DNA of 11,238 nucleotides from Acidobacteriota bacterium (GTDB lineage Bacteria; Acidobacteriota; Thermoanaerobaculia; Multivoradales; UBA5704): NCBI GenBank assembly GCA_040005235.1, contig JBDTZG010000111.1, positions 1 to 11,238 of the forward strand, read 5' to 3'. Shown piece by piece: positions 7,144 to 11,238 of this stretch (position 1 is its first letter; each line of letters starts with the position of its first letter). The notes under the pieces were generated by a model. It saw only the letters and a program-made list of their open reading frames with translations, ran no database searches and was not told where the DNA came from. The position numbers and the translations under genes were made by a program.

Positions 7144-8409
7144 TCAAATGATCGTTCCGGGCTGAATGACCGCGTTTTTCGGCACGACGATGATGCCGTC
7201 GCGGATCGAGTAGTTCTCGGTGTCGATGTTCTGGACGCCGGCCGCGTTGATCAGCTTGCTCCCCTCGCCGATCCGGGCGTTGAAATCGATGATCGCGTTC
7301 TTGATGTGGCAGTCCCGGCCGATGCCGAGCGGCAGCTGCCCGGAGTCCGGCTCGGCCTCCCAGAAGTTCGCCCCCATGATCACCGCCCGCTCGATCACCG
7401 AGCCCGCGCGGATCACCGAGCGGATGCCGACGATCGAGTCGCTCACCTGGCTCCCTTCGAGGATGCTCCCCTCGCACAGGACCGAGCACTGGACGAAGCA
7501 CTGGTTGATCTTCGTCCCCGCGAGGTAACGCGGATGGGTATAGATCCGCAGATGCGGATCGTAGAGGTTGAGCGGCGGCAGCGGCAGCGTGAGATCGAGG
7601 TTTGCCTGGTGGAAGCTGGGGATCGTCCCGATGTCGGTCCAGTAGCCGTCGTATGGGTAGGCGCAGACCTTGTAGTTCGACAGCGCCTGGGGGATCACCT
7701 CGCGGCCGAAATCGATTGTGTCGGTGCCGACCAGCAGCTCCTCCATGACCCCGCGCCGGAACATGTAGATGCCCATGCTCGCGAGGTACGAGCCCTCCGG
7801 CACGGGGAATCCGAGCGCCCCTTTGGTCTCGGCGTCGAGTGCCAGCTCGTCGAGCTGTGCCTCGTCGGTCGGCTTCTCGTGGAAGGCGCGGATGCGGCCG
7901 GTCGAATCGAGCTGGAGGATGCCGAAGCCGGGCGCCTCGGCGCGGGTGACCGGTTTGACCGCGATCGTCAGATCCGCCTCGCGCGCTCTGTGGGTCGCCA
8001 CGAACTCGCGGATGTTCATCAAATAGAGCTGGTCGCCCGAGAGGATCAGGATCTCAGACGGGTTCCCCCCGAGCAGGTGGCCCAGCGTCTGGCGGATCGC
8101 ATCGGCCGTCCCCTGGAACCACTCGCGCCGGTCGAGGGTCTGCTCCGCCGCGAGGATGTTGACGAAGCCTTGGGAAAACGACGAGAACCGGTAGGTCTGG
8201 TTGATGTGACGATGCAGGCTCGCGCTGTTGAATTGGGTGAGGACGTAGATCCGGTCGATGCCGGCGTGGAGGCTGTTGCTGATCGGAATGTCGATCAGCC
8301 GGAACTTGCCGCCCACGGGAACCGCCGGTTTCGCCCGATCGCGCGTGAGTGGCCAGAGGCGAGCCCCCTGGCCGCCGCCCAAGATGGCCGAAACGATTCT
8401 GTCTTCCAA
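7144..8409 (-). CDS. glgC: Glucose-1-phosphate adenylyltransferase (ADP-glucose pyrophosphorylase)
   Basis: 421 aa, TTG start preceded by GGGGAG. Motifs ILGGGQGARLWPLT...AKPAVP.GGKFRLIDIPISN, LTQFNSASL, WFQGTADA, LILSGDQLY, FHEKP, ASMGIY, DFGREVIP, YWTDIGT, plus a C-terminal beta-helix. Confidence 0.97.
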   Translation of the reverse strand: MEDRIVSAILGGGQGARLWPLTRDRAKPAVPVGGKFRLIDIPISNSLHAGIDRIYVLTQFNSASLHRHINQTYRFSSFSQGFVNILAAEQTLDRREWFQGTADAIRQTLGHLLGGNPSEILILSGDQLYLMNIREFVATHRAREADLTIAVKPVTRAEAPGFGILQLDSTGRIRAFHEKPTDEAQLDELALDAETKGALGFPVPEGSYLASMGIYMFRRGVMEELLVGTDTIDFGREVIPQALSNYKVCAYPYDGYWTDIGTIPSFHQANLDLTLPLPPLNLYDPHLRIYTHPRYLAGTKINQCFVQCSVLCEGSILEGSQVSDSIVGIRSVIRAGSVIERAVIMGANFWEAEPDSGQLPLGIGRDCHIKNAIIDFNARIGEGSKLINAAGVQNIDTENYSIRDGIIVVPKNAVIQPGTII

Positions 8410-8451
8410 GGTTTCTCCCCCGTTCGCGCTCAGGCCCTAAGAATCGTCCGT

Positions 8452-8457
8452 ATCCTA
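8452..8457 (-). promoter_or_regulatory. Candidate -10 box TAGGAT for glgCA
   Basis: TANNNT hexamer on the minus strand about 43 bp upstream of the glgC TTG. Confidence 0.4.
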
Positions 8458-8471
8458 ACGCAGGGGCGATT

Positions 8472-8477
8472 TAGAAT
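8472..8477 (+). promoter_or_regulatory. -10 box TAGAAT 6 bp before the lipB ATG (leaderless promoter)
   Basis: TAGAAT-ggcctc-ATG, with no SD upstream of ATG 8484. Confidence 0.6.
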
Positions 8478-8483
8478 GGCCTC

Positions 8484-9218
8484 ATGGCGAATTCTCCGCG
8501 ACAGGTCCGCACATACTTCCTCGACCGGGTGCCCTACGCCCAGGCGGTCGCCCTCCAGGCCGAGGCCCGCGAGGGGATCCGCCGCCGCGGCGAGGGGGAG
8601 CGACTGTTCCTGCTCGAACATCCGCACGTCTATACCCTCGGGCGGAACGCCTCGATCGCCGACCTGTTGGTCGATCCCGGCTGGCTCGCCGCCCATGAGG
8701 TCGAGGTGGCCGAGTGCGACCGGGGCGGCCAAATGACCTACCACGGCCCGGGGCAGCTGGTCGGCTACCCGATCCTGAACCTCTCCCCGGACCGGCGCGA
8801 CATCCGCCGTTACGTCCGCGACCTGCAAGAGACGCTGATCCGCACGCTCGCCGCCTTCGGGCTCGCCGCCGAGCCGAGAGACGGACAAGCTTTCATCGGC
8901 GTCTGGGTGGGGGAGGAGAAGATCGCCTCGATCGGCATTCACCTCTCGCGTTGGATCACCACCCATGGCTTCGCGTTGAACGTCACGACCGACCTCTCGA
9001 TGTTCGGCGGCATCATCCCCTGCGGCCTGCACAGCGTGAGAATGACCTCGATCGAGCAGTTGATCGGAGCGAAACCCACGGTCGCAGAGGTAGCGAGAAT
9101 CTACGCCGGGGTGTTCGCCGAAGTGTTCGACCGCGAAATGATCGAAGAGAGAGACGAAATCGCCGTGCCGTCGCCAGGGATCGAACCGCCATGTCCCACC
9201 GCATCGATCTCGGGCTGA
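8484..9218 (+). CDS. lipB: Lipoyl(octanoyl) transferase LipB
   Basis: 244 aa. Motifs LLEHPHVYTLGR, DRGGQMTYHGPGQLVGYPI, KIASIG, HGFALNV, and IIPCG (catalytic Cys). Confidence 0.96.
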   Translation: MANSPRQVRTYFLDRVPYAQAVALQAEAREGIRRRGEGERLFLLEHPHVYTLGRNASIADLLVDPGWLAAHEVEVAECDRGGQMTYHGPGQLVGYPILNLSPDRRDIRRYVRDLQETLIRTLAAFGLAAEPRDGQAFIGVWVGEEKIASIGIHLSRWITTHGFALNVTTDLSMFGGIIPCGLHSVRMTSIEQLIGAKPTVAEVARIYAGVFAEVFDREMIEERDEIAVPSPGIEPPCPTASISG

Positions 9219-10276
9219 ACGCGGTCATCGTCGCGGTCACCGACGAGGTGCCGCGCATCCTCACCGTCCGCCGGCCGGACCGACGGCGGGTCGAGGGTTC
9301 GTTTGCCCCGCAGCGACTGGCTGCTGCCGAAAGCGCCCGAAGGAGCGAGGAGGCAATCGAATCCACGACCCGGGGACCGCTGCCGGCAGGGCCGACGATC
9401 GAGGACGCCCTCCCTTTCGGTCCGCTCGATCCGGAGACCGATCCGACGCTCGAACGGGGTCTGCGCCGCTGGGTCCACGAACAGACCGGCCTGGAGCTCG
9501 GCTACGTCGAGCAGCTCTACACCTTCGGCGACCGCCTGCGCGATCCGGTCGAAGCGAAGACCGGCGGCCGCTCGGTCTCGGTTGCCTACCTCGCCCTGGT
9601 CCGCGAGCGCCCGGGACGCGGCAGCGGCGAGGCGCGCTGGGGGGACGTCTACGGCTTCCTCCCCTGGGAAGACTGGCGCGAAGGGCGCCCCGAGATCTTC
9701 GACCGGCTGATCGAGCCGGGGATCGAACACTGGATCGAGAACGCCGCCGACACGCTCCACCGTAACGAACGGCGCGAGCGCGCGGACATCGCGTTCGGCT
9801 TCTCCGGCGTCGCCTGGGACGGCGAACGGGTGCTCGAACGCTATGAGCTGCTCTACGAAGCCCACCTGATCGAAGAAGCGCGCAGGAGCGACGAGACCGA
9901 CCCCACAGAACCAGCCGTTCCAGGAGCCCCAGAACCCGCCTGGTCCGGCCAGATCGCGGCCCTCGACCACCGCCGCATCCTCGCAAGCGCCCTAGGCCGA
10001 CTTCGCGGCAAGCTCAAATACCGGCCCGTGGTCTTCGAGCTGCTGCCGCCCCGCTTTACCCTGTTCCAACTCCAGCGCGTCGTCGAAGCGCTGGCCGGGG
10101 TGCGCCTCCACAAACAGAACTTCCGCCGACTGGTCGAATCCGGTGGGCTGGTCGAAGGGACGGGGCGCCAGACCGAAAAGACGGGAGGGCGTCCGGCCGA
10201 GTTGTTCGTCTTTCGGCGGGAGGTGCTGAGGGAACGCCCGGCGCCGGGGGTGGGGCTGCCGGGAGTTCGGCGGTAG
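9191..10276 (+). CDS. Nudix-like + winged-HTH regulator, NadQ/COG4111 (NrtR-related) family
   Basis: Likely start MSHRIDLGLNAVIVAV at ATG 9191 (361 aa), overlapping lipB by 28 bp. Motifs ALPFGP, GYVEQLYTFGDR, PWEDWR, VLERYELLYEA, DHRRILA.ALGRLRGKLKYRPVVFEL, FTLFQLQ...LHKQNFRRLVE, TGGRPA.LF.FRR. Confidence 0.85.
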   Translation: MSHRIDLGLNAVIVAVTDEVPRILTVRRPDRRRVEGSFAPQRLAAAESARRSEEAIESTTRGPLPAGPTIEDALPFGPLDPETDPTLERGLRRWVHEQTGLELGYVEQLYTFGDRLRDPVEAKTGGRSVSVAYLALVRERPGRGSGEARWGDVYGFLPWEDWREGRPEIFDRLIEPGIEHWIENAADTLHRNERRERADIAFGFSGVAWDGERVLERYELLYEAHLIEEARRSDETDPTEPAVPGAPEPAWSGQIAALDHRRILASALGRLRGKLKYRPVVFELLPPRFTLFQLQRVVEALAGVRLHKQNFRRLVESGGLVEGTGRQTEKTGGRPAELFVFRREVLRERPAPGVGLPGVRR

Positions 10277-10293
10277 GGGAGGAAGGTAAGAGA

Positions 10294-10334
10294 GGGCTTG
10301 AGGATTTTCCAGGGGAGTGGCCGCCCTCAAGCCC
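10294..10334. terminator. Inverted repeat GGGCTTGAGG-N21-CCTCAAGCCC between convergent genes, candidate terminator
   Basis: Perfect 10-bp stem (10294-10303 / 10325-10334), 8 bp after the small-peptide stop. On the minus strand it is followed by pyrimidine-rich TCTCTTACCTTCC. The loop is large and there is no clean U-tract. Confidence 0.5.
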
Positions 10335-10342
10335 GTACTGCC

Positions 10343-10519
10343 TTAGCAGGGATACCTATTGCTCTGGCATTCAATGGGGCCACTAGGGCACCCGTTTGTG
10401 CATGGGATGGTATTGCATGCCAAGGCCGTCGCACCGCCTGCCGCCTTTCGTAGCGTTCCTAGTTCGAGGCGCTTCACCGTCTCCATTGCCAATACCAGCT
10501 TCTTGGTCTTTTTCTTCAT
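10343..10519 (-). CDS. Putative RiPP (lanthipeptide-like) precursor peptide, 58 aa, with double-glycine leader and Cys/Ser/Thr-rich core
   Basis: Hand translation: MKKKTKKLVLAMETVKRLELGTLRKAAGG|ATALACNTIPCTNGCPSGPIECQSNRYPC*. SD AAGGAGG lies 4 nt before the ATG. The ORF fills the intergenic gap without overlapping neighbouring genes and is too short for the provided ORF track. Confidence 0.85.
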   Translation of the reverse strand: MKKKTKKLVLAMETVKRLELGTLRKAAGGATALACNTIPCTNGCPSGPIECQSNRYPC

Positions 10520-10523
10520 GAGT

Positions 10524-10530
10524 CCTCCTT
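10524..10530 (-). promoter_or_regulatory. Strong Shine-Dalgarno AAGGAGG of the precursor gene
   Basis: Minus strand reads ACAAGGAGGACTC-ATG. Confidence 0.8.
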
Positions 10531-10591
10531 GTAGGACTGAGAGTCTACCGTAGGTCGGAATCCAGCCCTCGTGTTACGAGGTACACCTCGA

Positions 10592-11238
10592 TCACTCGAT
10601 CGGTTCCTCGAACACGTACTCGTGCTGCGCGTCGCGCAGGGTGAGCGTCTTTTTCGGCCCCGAGCCGACGACGAACTCGAAGCCGGAGACTCCCGGCGCG
10701 GTGGTGAGGAACGAGACCGAGCCGTCCGGGTTGTGGCGCGAAGCGACTTCGCTCTTCCACTCGCCGAAGTCGAACGTGGTCGCGGCTCCGGCGTGGGAGA
10801 CCGCAATCTCGCCGAGTGCGGCATTGGCGTAGTGGCCGGCGAGCTTCCCGGCCTCTGCCGGATCGGCCGGTACTACGACCAGCTTGCGTTCGGCGGCCAA
10901 CTGATCGTAGAAGGACTTGCTCGCCGCCGCGACAGCGGCATCCGCTTCCGGGTGGCCGTCGAACAGTACTTCGAGTAGCTTCCGCTGAAACGCGCCGCGG
11001 ATCAGCCAGCCCAGGTCGGCGTTGGTCAGGACCACGGCGCCGACGTTTTGCTCCGGCAGCCAGATCATGTCGCTGTGGTAGCCGATCATGTCGCCGCCAT
11101 GGTGGACGACCGGAACGCCGTAGGTGCTGTCGACCATCAACCCCATGCCATAGACCGCGCTCTCGCCGATCGGCACCTTCTTTTCGCGCCGGGCGAGCAG
11201 CGGCACTTTGCCGAGGTAGCGCGTGCCGTCGGGGAGCG
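10592..11238 (-). CDS. Serine hydrolase, beta-lactamase class C / peptidase S12 family, C-terminal part (5' end outside the window)
   Basis: The frame is open to the window edge (LPDGTRYLGKVPLLARREKKV...). Motifs YGMGL, HHGGDMIGYHSDMIWLPEQNVGAVVLTN, followed by a C-terminal beta-rich extension (LAGHYANAALGEIAV). The SxxK motif is not visible in the window. Confidence 0.85.
   Translation of the reverse strand, partial: LPDGTRYLGKVPLLARREKKVPIGESAVYGMGLMVDSTYGVPVVHHGGDMIGYHSDMIWLPEQNVGAVVLTNADLGWLIRGAFQRKLLEVLFDGHPEADAAVAAASKSFYDQLAAERKLVVVPADPAEAGKLAGHYANAALGEIAVSHAGAATTFDFGEWKSEVASRHNPDGSVSFLTTAPGVSGFEFVVGSGPKKTLTLRDAQHEYVFEEPIE

Noticed and set aside
7142-7501. N-terminal extension of GlgA (609-aa ORF)
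   Set aside because: It overlaps glgC in another frame. The GT5 N-terminal motif begins at ATG 7141.
5696-8736. Long plus-strand ORFs 5696..6916 and 7306..8736
   Set aside because: These are antisense shadows of glgA and glgC, expected in high-GC DNA, with no recognisable motifs.
8714-9190. N-terminal extension of the 520-aa ORF 8714..10276
   Set aside because: It overlaps lipB out of frame. Family-like sequence begins at ATG 9191.
9906-9940. 24-bp-spaced repeat CAGAACC(A/C)GCC in the NadQ-like gene
   Set aside because: There are only two short copies, explained by the low-complexity EPA linker.
10359-10553. 64-aa plus-strand ORF in the intergenic gap
   Set aside because: It has a TTG start without an SD and is antisense to the much better supported 58-aa precursor ORF.
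1-11238. tRNA, rRNA, integrase or transposase
   Set aside because: None recognised. The intergenic gaps are short and largely accounted for by the features listed.

Overview
GC-rich bacterial window. The codon style and gene mix suggest a high-GC Gram-negative such as Acidobacteriota/Thermoanaerobaculia, which is inference only. A long minus-strand run reads glgC-glgA (glycogen synthesis), a compact hicB-hicA toxin-antitoxin pair, a membrane-embedded AraC regulator, a MacB/LolD-type ABC ATPase with a double-FtsX permease, and a small membrane protein. Divergently on the plus strand are lipB (probably leaderless) and an overlapping NadQ/COG4111-like Nudix-wHTH regulator. The right end holds the 3' part of a serine hydrolase (beta-lactamase/peptidase S12 family). 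The main discovery is a 58-aa ORF missing from the ORF track (10343-10519, minus strand, strong SD): MKKKTKKLVLAMETVKRLELGTLRKAAGG-ATALACNTIPCTNGCPSGPIECQSNRYPC. It looks like an orphan lanthipeptide/RiPP precursor, with a double-Gly leader and a core in which five Ser/Thr strictly alternate with five Cys. No modification enzyme is present in the window. Also notable are a 20-bp-period array of palindromic units at 56-129 and a perfect 22-bp palindrome at 828-849.
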